DNA of 52,194 nt from Nocardioides sp. (GTDB taxonomy: Bacteria > Actinomycetota > Actinomycetes > Propionibacteriales > Nocardioidaceae): the NCBI GenBank assembly GCA_049586475.1, contig JBAVCA010000033.1, positions 1 through 52,194 of the forward strand. The letters are read 5' to 3'. The position numbers and the translations under genes are program-made. This document shows positions 7,882 to 21,642 of the stretch, in pieces. Below the pieces are notes generated by a model. That model ran no database searches and was not told the DNA's origin. It worked only from the letters and a program-made list of their open reading frames with translations. Position 1 is the stretch's first letter; the number at the start of each line of letters is the position of its first letter.

Positions 7882-8932
7882 CGGCGATCTCCTCGCGCTC
7901 CAGAGGGGCGGACTCGGCGGCGGTCAGCTCGCGGCCCAGGTTTTTCTCTGCGGCCCAGCACGCCACCCGCGTGCCGGCGGGGGTGATGGAGTCGGCGGGC
8001 TCGCGCTCGGCGCAGATCGCCATGGCGTCGGGGCACCGAGGGTGGAAGTGACACCCCAGCGGAGGGTCGGTCAAGTCGGGCGGCGCGCCCTCGATGTAGT
8101 TCAGCCCGGTGGTCGAGAGCGAGATCGTCGAGCGCAGCAGCTCGCGGGTGTACGAGTGCTGCGGGCGGCTGAAGACCTCGCGCGCGTCCCCGATCTCGAC
8201 GATCTTGCCGGCGTACATCACCGCCACCCGGTCGCACGCCTCGGCGATGATGCCCAGGTTGTGGGTGATGAGCAGCAGGGAGGTCTCATAGGTCTCGCGC
8301 AGGTCGTGCAGGATCCGGATGATCTGGGCCTCCACCAGCACGTCGAGGGCGGTGGTCGGCTCGTCGGCCACCACGAACGAGGGCCGCAGCACCAGCGTCA
8401 GCGCGATCATCAGCCGCTGCCGCATCCCGCCAGAGAACTCGTGCGGGTAGGCGCGCAGCCGGGTCGGTGGGATCCCCATCACCCGGAGTGCCTCGAGGGT
8501 TCGCCGCATCACCTCGTCCTTGGAGATGCCCTTCTCGTGGACCTTGAGGGTCTCGGAGAAATGGTCGGAGATACGCATCAGCGGGTTGAGCCTCGTGAGC
8601 GGCTCCTGGAAGATCATGCCGAGCGAGCCGCCGCGCATCGCGTACTGCTGCTTGGGCTTGAGGCTGAGCATGTCCTCGCCTCGGAAGCTCAGCTCGCCGT
8701 CGCGTGCCGACCCTTCGGGGAGCAACCCCAGCAGACCGCGGCCCAGGGTCGACTTGCCGCACCCGGACTCCCCCACCAGGCCGAGGATCTCTCCCTTGCG
8801 GATGTCGAAGCTGACGCCGTCGACGGCCCGGACGGGGCCGCGCTCGGTGCCGTACCAGACCCGCAGGTCCCGCGCGGCCAGAACGGTCTCTGCCGGCGGC
8901 GGCGCCAGGCTGCTCGGCGTCGACGTACTCAT
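7865..8932 (-). CDS. Oligo/dipeptide ABC transporter ATP-binding subunit (DppD/OppD-like)
   Basis: [33 protein letters not shown]...VAC. Confidence 0.93.
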   Translation of the reverse strand: MSTSTPSSLAPPPAETVLAARDLRVWYGTERGPVRAVDGVSFDIRKGEILGLVGESGCGKSTLGRGLLGLLPEGSARDGELSFRGEDMLSLKPKQQYAMRGGSLGMIFQEPLTRLNPLMRISDHFSETLKVHEKGISKDEVMRRTLEALRVMGIPPTRLRAYPHEFSGGMRQRLMIALTLVLRPSFVVADEPTTALDVLVEAQIIRILHDLRETYETSLLLITHNLGIIAEACDRVAVMYAGKIVEIGDAREVFSRPQHSYTRELLRSTISLSTTGLNYIEGAPPDLTDPPLGCHFHPRCPDAMAICAEREPADSITPAGTRVACWAAEKNLGRELTAAESAPLEREEIAVADEA

Positions 8933-9885
8933 CGGACCCCCTCGGTGACAGAAGCTTTCTTGGCCGGCGCCGCAGCGAACGAGACCGCCTGCAAGCGACG
9001 GCGACGCAACGCCGGGTTGAGCGTCTCGTTGAGTCCTTCACCCACCAGCGTCAGTGCCGTGACCAGCAGGATGATCGCCAGCCCCGGCCACAGGGCCGGA
9101 CCCAGGTCGCCCGCGGAGACATTGTCGAGGGCGCGGCTGAGGTCGTAGCCCCATTCCGAGGCCTCGGTCGGTTGGATACCGAGACCGAGGAAGCCCAGCG
9201 CGGCCAGGGTGCCGAGCGCGTCCGCCGCGTTGAGCGTCCCGATGACGGGCACGGACTGCATCACGTTGTTGAACAGGTACTTGCGCATGATCGTGATCGG
9301 ACGGGCGCCGATGGCGCGCGCTGCCTCGACGTAGGTCGCCTCGCGGGCCGAGACCGTGGTGCTGCGCACCACGCGGAAGTACTGCGGGATGTAGATCGCG
9401 GTGAGCGCGAGTGCTGCTGCCACGATGCCGCCGCCGATCCGCTCCTGGAGCATGAACGAGAAGATGATCGCCAGCAGCAGCGAGGGGAACGAGTACAGCG
9501 CGTCCATGAGGAAGACCAGGATCCGGTCCGTCCATCCGCCGACAAAGCCGGAGACGAGGCCGAGCGGCACCCCGATCAGTGCGGACAGCACCACCGAGGT
9601 GACGACGACCTGGAGGCCGGTGCGCGAACCCCACACCACGCGGCTGAAGATGTCGAAGAACTGGTCGTTCGTCCCGAGCAGGTGCTGCGCCGACGGACCG
9701 GCGCTCTTCGGGAAGCGGACGCCGTCGACGCTGTTCTGCGCGAAGTCGTACGGCGCGATCCACGGCGCTCCGACCGCGAACGTGACGAAGACCAGCGTGA
9801 TCAGGACGCCGATCAGCAGGATGTAGCGAGCCAGACCACTCGTGTTCCAGATGGTCCGGGCGAACTTGGGCACGAAGCGGCTCAT
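8929..9885 (-). CDS. Peptide ABC transporter permease (DppC-like)
   Basis: [18 protein letters not shown] loop, FLGLG, multiple TM segments. Confidence 0.92.
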   Translation of the reverse strand: MSRFVPKFARTIWNTSGLARYILLIGVLITLVFVTFAVGAPWIAPYDFAQNSVDGVRFPKSAGPSAQHLLGTNDQFFDIFSRVVWGSRTGLQVVVTSVVLSALIGVPLGLVSGFVGGWTDRILVFLMDALYSFPSLLLAIIFSFMLQERIGGGIVAAALALTAIYIPQYFRVVRSTTVSAREATYVEAARAIGARPITIMRKYLFNNVMQSVPVIGTLNAADALGTLAALGFLGLGIQPTEASEWGYDLSRALDNVSAGDLGPALWPGLAIILLVTALTLVGEGLNETLNPALRRRRLQAVSFAAAPAKKASVTEGVR

Positions 9886-10916
9886 CAGTACCTCACCCTC
9901 GGGTCGACCAGGGCGTTCAGGATGTCGACGAAGACGCTCACCAGGACCACCGCCAGCGCGAAGAACGTCACCAGGCCCTGCACCGCGATGTAGTCGCGCT
10001 TGGTGATGTACTCGACCAGCTCGTTGCCGAGGCCTGGCCAGTTGAAGGTCTTCTCGGTCAGGATCGCGCCCGACAAGGTCAGTGCGAACTGCAGTCCGAT
10101 CACGGTGATCACCGGGACCAGCGCGTTGCGGAAGGCGTGCTTCCGGATCACCTGGCGCTCCGGGATGCCCCGGGCCCGCGCCGCCTCGACGTAGTCGCCC
10201 TTCATGGTCTGGATCACGTTGACGCGAACGAGCCGGATGATCACGCCCGAGAGCAGCAGGCCCAGCGTCAGGCAGGGCAGCACGTGGTGCTGGAGGATGT
10301 CGCCGACCGAGATCCAGTCCCCGACGAAGAGGGCGTCGACGAGGATGATCCCGGTCCGGTCCGGTACGTAGAACTCCGTCGTCGCGTCGGCGATGCCGAA
10401 GGTCGGCCAGCCCGGGACGTAGCGGATCACCACGAGGATCAGCATCAGGCCGACCCAGAAAATGGGTGCCGCGTAGGAGACCACACCGAAGACCCGGATA
10501 CCCGCGTCGGCCGCGGTGTCTCGCCGCCGGCCGGCGTAGCGACCGAGGGGCAGGCCGATGAGCAGCGCGAAGAGAAAGGCGCCGAGGGTCAGGGTCAGCG
10601 TGGCGCCACCCTGGTTCTGGATGATGTCGAGCACCGGACGTCGGTCACTGATGGTGTTGCCGAAGTTGAAGCGGGAGACGTCACCGAGGTATTCGAAGTA
10701 CTGCACGATCAGCGGTCGGTTGAGGCCCAGCGCCGTGCGTCGGACCTCGAGCGCCTCGGGGCTGAGCTTGTCCCCGACCGCCGCGCTCACCGGGTCGCCG
10801 GGGGCGACCCGAAGCAACAGGAAGACCATGGTCAGCAGGACCCACATCATCGGGATCACCAGCAGCAGCCGGGTCATGATGTAGCGGGGCAACGACCCCG
10901 ACGTGGTGGTGCTCAT
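9885..10916 (-). CDS. Peptide ABC transporter permease (DppB-like)
   Basis: PGDP, YVEAARARG EAA loop, HAFRNAL, FNWPGLG, C-terminal DPRVRY. Confidence 0.93.
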   Translation of the reverse strand: MSTTTSGSLPRYIMTRLLLVIPMMWVLLTMVFLLLRVAPGDPVSAAVGDKLSPEALEVRRTALGLNRPLIVQYFEYLGDVSRFNFGNTISDRRPVLDIIQNQGGATLTLTLGAFLFALLIGLPLGRYAGRRRDTAADAGIRVFGVVSYAAPIFWVGLMLILVVIRYVPGWPTFGIADATTEFYVPDRTGIILVDALFVGDWISVGDILQHHVLPCLTLGLLLSGVIIRLVRVNVIQTMKGDYVEAARARGIPERQVIRKHAFRNALVPVITVIGLQFALTLSGAILTEKTFNWPGLGNELVEYITKRDYIAVQGLVTFFALAVVLVSVFVDILNALVDPRVRY

Positions 10917-10980
10917 GAGCCTCCGCTCGCACGATGGTGGCGCGGCGTGAACCGCGATGAAGCTGCTGGCGCTGCAAGGC

Positions 10981-11012
10981 GCAGGGCGCCCACCGAACGG
11001 TGGACGCCCTGC
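10981..11012 (-). terminator. Intercistronic stem-loop after the SBP gene (partial terminator or mRNA-stabilising hairpin)
   Basis: Minus strand GCAGGGCGTCCACC-GTTC-GGTGGGCGCCCTGC, 14-bp stem with one G-U pair, no U-tract. Confidence 0.6.
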
Positions 11013-11038
11013 ACCCTGTCATACGTCGAGCGAGCAGG

Positions 11039-12661
11039 TTACTCGGACTTCGAGATGCCCCAGAACCTGAAGACGTACGTCGGGTCGAGGGTCTCCTCGA
11101 CCCCACTCATCTTCGACGTGGCAACGGCGACGTTCTGGCCGTTCCACGACGGGATCAGCGGCACGTCCTCGGCCACGATGTCCTGCAGCTCACCGATCTG
11201 CTCGGCACGAGCAGCCTCGTCGGTCTCGCCGAGCTCCTGGTCGAGCAGGGTGTTGACCTGGTCGTTGGAGTAGCCGTTGGCGAAGAAGCCACCGTCGCGG
11301 ATGAACGGCGACAGGTAGTTGTCGGCGTCGAGGAAGTCGGGGTACCAACCCAGGATGAACAGGTCGTAGGCGTTCTGCTTGTAGAGGTCCTGGTACTCCT
11401 CCCACTCGGCGTCGGCGAGCTTGACGTCGAACAGGCCACTGTCGTTGAGCTGGCCGGCGAACTCGTTGGCCTCGTCGACAGCATTGGGCCCGTAGTGGGT
11501 CGGGGTGTACCCCAGCGTGATCTTGACCGGGGTCTTCACCCCGGCGTCCTCGAGGATCTTCGTCGCAGCGTCGACCGACGGCTCGCCGTACTTCTCCTCG
11601 AAGGAGTCCTTCTGGCCACCGAAGCCCGGAGGAACGATGGAGTAGGAAGGCGCGACCGTGCCGTCGTAGGCGTTCTCCGAGATGGCATCCCGGTCGATGA
11701 GCTGGGCCGCGGCCTGGCGCACCGCCACGTCGCCGCCGTTGCCGGCCTCGAGCTGCCAGACCCAGTAGCGGAACTCCGACCCCTCGCCACGGATGACCTC
11801 CACGTTGCCCTCGTCCTCGAGGGAGTTCAGGTCGGTGGGGCTCAGCGTGCGCCAGGCGATGTCGATCTGCTCGGAGCCGATCGCGTTGCGCAGCGGGGCC
11901 GGGTCGTTGAAGTACTGGACGAAGATCGTCTTGGTCTGCGGGACGCGATCGCCGCTGTAGCCGGAGTTGGCCACGAGCGTCGCCTGCTTGCCGGCGTCGT
12001 AGGCGGCCAACGTGTAGGGGCCCGAGCCGACGACCTCGGCGTCGCCGAGCAGCGCGTCAGCCGGGAAGACGTCCTCATCGACGATCGAGGAGGTCGCGGA
12101 GCCGAGGATCTTCAAGAAGGTCTGGTCGGCCTGGTTGAGGTTGAAGACCACGGTCAGGTCGTCGGGAGTCTCGATCGCGCCGTCGGCCAACGTCTGGTTC
12201 TCTGCGTCACCGTTGGAGATCGACCCGAGCAGCACCGAGGAGCCGTTGGGGTCGTTGATCTCCAGGTTGCGCTTGAACGAGTACGCAACGTCGGAGGATG
12301 TCAGGTCGTTGCCGTTGGAGAAGGTCAGACCCTCGCGCAGGGTGCACGTGATCGTCGACGGGTCGTCGTAGTCGCAGGTAGCTGCATCAGGCACCGGGTC
12401 CGACTCACCGGCAGGGATCACGACGAGCTGCTCGAAGATGTTGTACTGCATGTTCCACGAACCGAAGTCGTAGGAGCCGGCAGGGTCCATGGCGGTGACG
12501 GTCTCGGTGGTGCCGAGGGTCCACTCACCGCTGGCAGCTGCAGCGTCTCCGTCCCCGGATGCGGGCTGATCAGCGTCGCGGGCGTTTTCGCCACACGCGG
12601 ACAGCGAGGCGATCAGAATGCCGGCGCTGGCAAGTGCCAGGACGTGTCGTGCTCTTTTCAC
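11039..12661 (-). CDS. Peptide ABC transporter substrate-binding lipoprotein (family 5)
   Basis: GTG start with GGAGG SD; lipobox LSAC; LREGLTFSNG, GSGPY, GWYPDF motifs. Confidence 0.93.
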   Translation of the reverse strand: MKRARHVLALASAGILIASLSACGENARDADQPASGDGDAAAASGEWTLGTTETVTAMDPAGSYDFGSWNMQYNIFEQLVVIPAGESDPVPDAATCDYDDPSTITCTLREGLTFSNGNDLTSSDVAYSFKRNLEINDPNGSSVLLGSISNGDAENQTLADGAIETPDDLTVVFNLNQADQTFLKILGSATSSIVDEDVFPADALLGDAEVVGSGPYTLAAYDAGKQATLVANSGYSGDRVPQTKTIFVQYFNDPAPLRNAIGSEQIDIAWRTLSPTDLNSLEDEGNVEVIRGEGSEFRYWVWQLEAGNGGDVAVRQAAAQLIDRDAISENAYDGTVAPSYSIVPPGFGGQKDSFEEKYGEPSVDAATKILEDAGVKTPVKITLGYTPTHYGPNAVDEANEFAGQLNDSGLFDVKLADAEWEEYQDLYKQNAYDLFILGWYPDFLDADNYLSPFIRDGGFFANGYSNDQVNTLLDQELGETDEAARAEQIGELQDIVAEDVPLIPSWNGQNVAVATSKMSGVEETLDPTYVFRFWGISKSE

Positions 12662-12734
12662 GTGGTCTACCTCCGTGGGAGTGAAGTGCTGCAGAACGCA
12701 CGCAACGTACGCGAGCCTCGACCGTCGCCGCCAC

Positions 12735-12750
12735 TGTGACGCGCCGCACA
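12735..12750. promoter_or_regulatory. CRP/GlxR-like site upstream of the peptide ABC operon
   Basis: TGTGA-CGCGCC-GCACA, 9/10 match to TGTGA-N6-TCACA, about 75-90 nt upstream of the SBP start. Confidence 0.5.
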
Positions 12751-12798
12751 CAAGGTCGCGATCTCGCAACGATCGGGCATCTGACTGGCGTCGGATCC

Positions 12799-13452
12799 TC
12801 AGACCGCTGACAGTCGGAGTGCCGCGAGGCTGGTGGGGTCCAGTCCCACCAGGGTGTCGCGGAAGGTTCGCCGGTCCCCCGGGGCGACGCTGACGTGCAG
12901 CGGCACCGCCAGCACAGTGCACCCGGCCGCCTCCGCAGAACGGCACCCGGTCTCGGAGTCCTCGATCGCGACCGTCGCTGACGGGTCGACGCCGAGGCGC
13001 CGCGCAGCCGTCGCGTAAGGCTCCGGATGGGGCTTGCCGTGGGTCACCATGTCGCCAGTGACCACTACCGAGAAGGTGTCGGGCGGCAGCGCAGCGACGA
13101 TCGGCGCGACGAAACGCTCCCACGACATCGTCACCAAGGCGCACGGGACGCCGGCGATCTTGAGCTCTTCGAGCAGCTCTCGCGCGCCCGGTCGCCACGG
13201 AACGTCGTGCTGCACCCGCTCGACGACCCCGTCGAGGAGGCGCTCGACGATCTCGGCAGGCGTGAGCGGCAGCCCCATCTGCTCCTGGATGAACCGACCC
13301 GAGCTGAGCAGGTCGTTGCCGACCAGCTGCAGGGCCAGGTCGTGGCTCCACGATGCACCGAACTCCTCGGCGAGCGCGAACTCCGTGTCGATCCAGTAGG
13401 GCTCGGTGTCGACGAGGGTGCCGTCCATGTCCCACAGGACGGCCTCGAGCAT
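12799..13452 (-). CDS. HAD-superfamily phosphatase
   Basis: WDMDGTLVDTE motif I, GKPHPEPY, IEDSETG. Confidence 0.92.
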   Translation of the reverse strand: MLEAVLWDMDGTLVDTEPYWIDTEFALAEEFGASWSHDLALQLVGNDLLSSGRFIQEQMGLPLTPAEIVERLLDGVVERVQHDVPWRPGARELLEELKIAGVPCALVTMSWERFVAPIVAALPPDTFSVVVTGDMVTHGKPHPEPYATAARRLGVDPSATVAIEDSETGCRSAEAAGCTVLAVPLHVSVAPGDRRTFRDTLVGLDPTSLAALRLSAV

Positions 13453-13454
13453 GC

Positions 13455-17183
<3,729 letters not shown>

Positions 17184-17311
17184 CGGGTCTCCTCGGTGAT
17201 GAGTGCGGTGAGGTACGCCGTCCACGTCGTGGACGTGATTCTCAGATCGTGACACCGGCTCAGGGTCCCGGCGAAATCCTCAACACTGCAGCACCCTCTA
17301 GGCTTCCCCCT

Positions 17312-18178
17312 GTGATCGAGATGGACGACACCCCCGAGCTCGTGGATCCCTTGGTCATCGCGGCCTTCGAGGGTTGGAACGACGCCGCAGACGTCGCCTC
17401 CTCGGTGGTCGACCACCTGATGGAGGTGTGGGACGCGCGGGTCGTGGCCACGATCGACCCCGAGGAGTTCTACGACTTCCAGGTCAACCGGCCCCTGATC
17501 ACCACCGACGAGCACGGTCACCGGAGCCTGACCTGGCCCACCACCCAGATCGCCGTTGCGTCGCCGCCCGACCTGGATCGCGACGTCATCCTGATCCGCG
17601 GGATAGAGCCGAACATGCGGTGGCGGCAGTTCTGCGCTGAGCTGCTGGCTGCGTGTGACGAGCTGGGCGGGGCCCTGGTGGTCACCCTGGGTGCCCTGCT
17701 GGCCGACACTCCTCACACGCGCCCGATCCCGGTCACCGGGACGGCCACCGAGCCCGAGCTGATCGACCGGCTCAAGCTCGAGCAGTCCGTCTACGAGGGC
17801 CCCACCGGCATCGTCGGAGTCTTCCAGGACGCCTGCACCCAGCTCGACCTCCCCGCGGTGTCCTACTGGGCAGCCGTACCGCACTACGTCGCGCAGCCCC
17901 CGTGCCCGAAGGCCACGCTGGCGCTTCTCGGTCAGCTCGAGAACCTCCTGGAGGTCTCGATCCCCCTCCTCGACCTGGCTGAGGACGCCCGAGCGTGGGA
18001 GCGGGGGGTCGACGAGCTCGCGGAGGACGACGAGGAGATCTCCGACTACGTGCGCGCCCTCGAGGAGGCCCGGGACACCGCTGACCTGCCCGAGGCATCG
18101 GGCGAGGCGATCGCCCGGGAGTTCGAGCGGTACCTGAAGCGTCGCGGCGACGACGGTCCGGCACCGCAGCCCGAGTGA
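17312..18178 (+). CDS. PAC2 (proteasome assembly chaperone-like) family protein
   Basis: AAFEGWNDA, YDFQVNRP, GIEPNMRW, YEGPTGI, WAAVPHY. TAGGCT -10 lies 7 nt before GTG. Confidence 0.9.
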   Translation: MIEMDDTPELVDPLVIAAFEGWNDAADVASSVVDHLMEVWDARVVATIDPEEFYDFQVNRPLITTDEHGHRSLTWPTTQIAVASPPDLDRDVILIRGIEPNMRWRQFCAELLAACDELGGALVVTLGALLADTPHTRPIPVTGTATEPELIDRLKLEQSVYEGPTGIVGVFQDACTQLDLPAVSYWAAVPHYVAQPPCPKATLALLGQLENLLEVSIPLLDLAEDARAWERGVDELAEDDEEISDYVRALEEARDTADLPEASGEAIAREFERYLKRRGDDGPAPQPE

Positions 18179-18236
18179 CCAGCGAGGACGGTGCCCTCAT
18201 AAGGATCGCGGAGCTCCCCGATGCACGTCGCAGGGG

Positions 18237-19475
18237 CTAGAGAGCTAGTCCCAGCGCCGCGTCGAGCACTGCGAGGATCATCACCGCGGCACCGTCGTCG
18301 GAGGTGTCGGCGAGCTCGCCGGCACCCAGGGTGGCAGCGACCCACGCGTCGATCGCGACCAATGCCCGCGGGGCATCGAGGTCGTCAGCCAGGGCTGCCA
18401 GGACCTCCGCCACCACCGGAGCTGCCGGAGCACCGGCGCCCAGGGCGACGGCCTTGCGCCACTCCCCCAAGGTGTCGACGGCGGCGAAGAGCTCGGCATC
18501 GATCCACTCCCAGTCGCTGCGGAAGTGGTGTCGCAGGAGCGCAAGACGGATCGCCATCGGGTCGATGTCGCTGTTGCGCAGCGCGGAGACGAAGACCAGG
18601 TTGCCCTTCGACTTCGACATCTTCTCGCCGTCGTAGCCGACCATCCCAGCATGGCTGTAGACGCGGGCGAAGGACGAGCCCGGCATCGCGACCTGGGCGT
18701 GCCCCGCGCACATCTCGTGGTGCGGAAAGACGAGGTCGCTCCCGCCTCCCTGGACGTCGACGTCGGGGCCCAGGTAGGCGACGGCGATGGCCGCACACTC
18801 GATGTGCCAGCCAGGACGGCCCGGACCCCACGGGCTGGGCCAGGACGGCTCGCCCTCGCGCTCGCCCCTCCAGACCACGCAGTCGAGCGGATCGCGCTTC
18901 CCCGCCCGCTCCGGGTCGCCACCACGCTCAGCGAACAGGCTCAGCATCATGTCGCGGTCGAGACCGGACTCGGACCCGAACTCCGGGTCTGCGCTGACCG
19001 AGTAGTACAGGTCCTGGTCGACCTCGTAGATCGCTCCCGAGGACTTCAGGACCTTGATCAGGCCGATCACCAGCGGAATCGACTCCACGGCGCCGATGTA
19101 GCGCGCCGGGGGCAGCACCCGCAACGCCTCCATGTCTTGACGGAACAGCTCCGTCTCCCGCTCGGCGAGCTCGACCCAGTCGATGTTGACCTTCGTCGCC
19201 CTCTCGAGCAGCGGGTCGTCGACGTCGGTGACGTTCTGGACGTAGGTCACGTCGTGGCCGGCGTTTCGCCAGGCGCGGTTCAGCAGGTCGAAGCCGACGT
19301 AGGTGGCGGCGTGACCCAGGTGCGTGGCGTCGTAGGGCGTGATCCCGCAGACGTAGAGCCGGGCGACCCCGTCGGGGGCGGTGGTCACCGGTCCACCCGA
19401 GGCCGTGTCGTGCAGGGTCACTGCCGGGGCGGTGACGGGCAACGTCGGCATCTCCGGGGGGTTCCAAGCACGCAT
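18237..19475 (-). CDS. mshC: L-cysteine:GlcN-Ins ligase (mycothiol biosynthesis)
   Basis: [38 protein letters not shown]; shortened CysRS-like architecture without anticodon domain. Confidence 0.95.
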   Translation of the reverse strand: MRAWNPPEMPTLPVTAPAVTLHDTASGGPVTTAPDGVARLYVCGITPYDATHLGHAATYVGFDLLNRAWRNAGHDVTYVQNVTDVDDPLLERATKVNIDWVELAERETELFRQDMEALRVLPPARYIGAVESIPLVIGLIKVLKSSGAIYEVDQDLYYSVSADPEFGSESGLDRDMMLSLFAERGGDPERAGKRDPLDCVVWRGEREGEPSWPSPWGPGRPGWHIECAAIAVAYLGPDVDVQGGGSDLVFPHHEMCAGHAQVAMPGSSFARVYSHAGMVGYDGEKMSKSKGNLVFVSALRNSDIDPMAIRLALLRHHFRSDWEWIDAELFAAVDTLGEWRKAVALGAGAPAAPVVAEVLAALADDLDAPRALVAIDAWVAATLGAGELADTSDDGAAVMILAVLDAALGLAL

Positions 19476-19519
19476 GAGCGCAGCCTAGGTGGTCGCAGCT
19501 CCGGTCCGGGCGGTGGTCC

Positions 19520-20275
19520 TCAGAAGGGCGGCCACGGGATCGCAGGCCACTCACCGCGGGGTAGTGGGAGGGACCCGTGCTCGAGGAATCGACGGCAACG
19601 CCGGTCCAACGCCGTGATCTCCCGGTCGGTCAGGTGCTGGGCGAGCTCAACTCCCAAGGCACCGCTGAGCGCTGTGATCACCCGGTCGACCCCGGCAACG
19701 TCCTCGTCATCGAGCGGCTCACCGTGCCACCCCCACAGCACCGTGCGCAGCTTCGCCTCGTGGTGGAACGTCAGCCCGTGGTCGACGCCGTAGCGGTGTC
19801 CTGAGGCCATCGCCAGCACGTGACCGCCCTTGCGGTCGGCGTTGTTGGTGATGACGTCGAAGACTGCCATCCGTCGCAGGGGCGTGGTGTCTTCGTGGAC
19901 CAGGGCGACGTCGCGGTCGTGGTCGTCCACGCCCTCGAAGACGGCGCGCCAGCCCGCCGGCACCTCGTCGGGTCGCACGAGCGTCACGGCGTCCTGCTCG
20001 GCGTCCGGCTCCTGCCACTCCTGGAGCATCCCGAGTCCATGCGGTCCGGTCCCGAGCCAGGTCCGCGGCACCACGTCCCAGCCGGTGACTTGCGAGACGG
20101 CGTACGCCGCCACCTCGCGGCCCGCCAAGGTGCCGTCGGGAAAATCCCACAGCGGACGCTCACCGGCAACCGGCTTGTAGACCACCTTGAGGCGATCGAG
20201 CTCGCCGAGGAACGTGGCGTTCGACGCCGGCATGATCCGACCGTGCAGCTGGAGCGCAGGTCCGGCAGGGGTCAT
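19520..20275 (-). CDS. SCO1664-family protein (PI3/PI4-kinase-like fold)
   Basis: ASNATF, VYKP..GERPLWDFPDGTL, NNADRKGGH, VDHGLTFH, C-terminal WPAIPWPPF. ATGA overlap with the upstream gene. Confidence 0.88.
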   Translation of the reverse strand: MTPAGPALQLHGRIMPASNATFLGELDRLKVVYKPVAGERPLWDFPDGTLAGREVAAYAVSQVTGWDVVPRTWLGTGPHGLGMLQEWQEPDAEQDAVTLVRPDEVPAGWRAVFEGVDDHDRDVALVHEDTTPLRRMAVFDVITNNADRKGGHVLAMASGHRYGVDHGLTFHHEAKLRTVLWGWHGEPLDDEDVAGVDRVITALSGALGVELAQHLTDREITALDRRCRRFLEHGSLPLPRGEWPAIPWPPF

Positions 20276-20850
20276 GGGTCGCGGCGGCGGAAGCCATTGG
20301 CGCGCACGCACAGGTGCCCGGCCGGGTCGATCGGGTTGCCACAGAAGGGGCAGCTCGGCCGGCCGGCCTCGAGCACCTGCTCGGCTCGCTTGACGAATGC
20401 CCGTGCCACGGCGGGCGTGACGCGCACGAGGAAGACCTCGTCGGGCTCCGGTTCCTCGAAGTCCTCGTCGACCTGGTCGGGCGAGACAACGGCGGCCTCG
20501 GAGTAGGGAAAGACCTCGATCACCACGCGCTCGTCGGACGGGTCCCACGACAAGGTCATCGTGCCGGCTCGGAACTCCTCCTCGATGGGCTGCTCCAGCG
20601 GGGCGGAGTCGTCCAGGGCCAGCGGCGCCACCGCGGGCACCATCGACTCGTTCGACTCACTGGTCATCACCTCGTCCAAGAGCTCGTCGATGCGCTCGGC
20701 GAGGGCGGCGACCTGCTGCTTCTCCAGCGAGACGCTGGTGACGCGGGAGCCGGTGCGGGCCTGGAGGAAGAACGTGCGTGCTCCCGGCTCCCCGACGGTG
20801 CCGGTCACGAAGCGTTCCGGCGGGTCGAAACCGTGGACGATCGGAGCCAT
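20272..20850 (-). CDS. DUF3090 family protein
   Basis: GTVGEPGARTFFLQA, LEKQQV, EFRAG, C-terminal CPFCGNPIDPAGHLC. Confidence 0.88.
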   Translation of the reverse strand: MAPIVHGFDPPERFVTGTVGEPGARTFFLQARTGSRVTSVSLEKQQVAALAERIDELLDEVMTSESNESMVPAVAPLALDDSAPLEQPIEEEFRAGTMTLSWDPSDERVVIEVFPYSEAAVVSPDQVDEDFEEPEPDEVFLVRVTPAVARAFVKRAEQVLEAGRPSCPFCGNPIDPAGHLCVRANGFRRRDP

Positions 20851-20860
20851 GTCACTCACC

Positions 20861-21586
20861 CTATGACCGACCCGTGGAATGACCCGCCACTGCGGGGGTC
20901 TCCGGACCGGCACCGCCACCGACAGCGGCGTCCCCGGACACGACGGGGGCCGTCAACCAAGCGAGATCACCTTCGTGGGTGTTCGAGGCGAGCACGTAGG
21001 GCCGGGACTCGGTGTAGCGCACGATGGAGACCGACGCGGGGTCCACCCCGATCCGTTGGAAGAGGTCGAGGTGCATGCCCAACGCGTCGGCCAGCACCGA
21101 CTTGATGATGTCTCCATGGCTGACCGCGACCCACACGGCTTGCGGGCCGTGCTCGGCCTCTACCGCAGCATCGTGACGTCGGACGGCGCTGACCGCACGC
21201 GACTGCATGCCCGACATCGACTCGCCGTCCGGGAACGTCACCGCCGAGGGCTGCGCCTGCACGCTCTTCCACAACGGCTCCGAGAGCAGGTCCTTCAGAT
21301 TCCGACCCTGCCACTGCCCGTAGTCGCACTCGGTGATGGCCTTCTCCACCTCGATCCGCAGCGTCGAGGAGTCCTGCGCGGCAAGGACCGCCTTCGCGGT
21401 CTGGCGGCAGCGCTCCAACGGGCTGCTCAGGATGGCCGCCAGCGGCACCGCCGCGATCCGCTGCGCTGCCCGCTGGGCCTGGGCGGTGCCGGTGTCGTCG
21501 AGCTTCACACCTGCCGACCGGCCTGCCAGCACGCCTGACGCATTCGCCGTCGTACGACCGTGCCGTACGAGGATCACCGTTGCCAT
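20861..21586 (-). CDS. Histidine phosphatase (MSMEG_4193-like phosphomutase family)
   Basis: LVRHG, SSPLERC, ECDYG, VSHGD motifs. Confidence 0.9.
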   Translation of the reverse strand: MATVILVRHGRTTANASGVLAGRSAGVKLDDTGTAQAQRAAQRIAAVPLAAILSSPLERCRQTAKAVLAAQDSSTLRIEVEKAITECDYGQWQGRNLKDLLSEPLWKSVQAQPSAVTFPDGESMSGMQSRAVSAVRRHDAAVEAEHGPQAVWVAVSHGDIIKSVLADALGMHLDLFQRIGVDPASVSIVRYTESRPYVLASNTHEGDLAWLTAPVVSGDAAVGGGAGPETPAVAGHSTGRS

Positions 21587-21642
21587 GGCCCCGACTGTAA
21601 GTGGTGAGCCGAAATCCGGGCCTCGGCGGCTAACGTGAGCCC

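Noticed and set aside
12662..13435. Long N-terminal extensions in the ORF track (SBP from 13435, HAD from 14580, GAT from 1369, uppP from 25519, LysR domain from 33380, PP2C from 46499)
   Set aside because: They overlap neighbouring real genes and lack family similarity; downstream starts have SD or -10 support. Not fusions.
17255..17305. Possible SAH/SAM/cobalamin riboswitch upstream of metH (minus strand GAGGGTGCTGCAG loosely resembles the SAH core)
   Set aside because: I could not build the required pairings, and the segment overlaps the divergent PAC2 promoter. An Infernal/Rfam scan would settle it.
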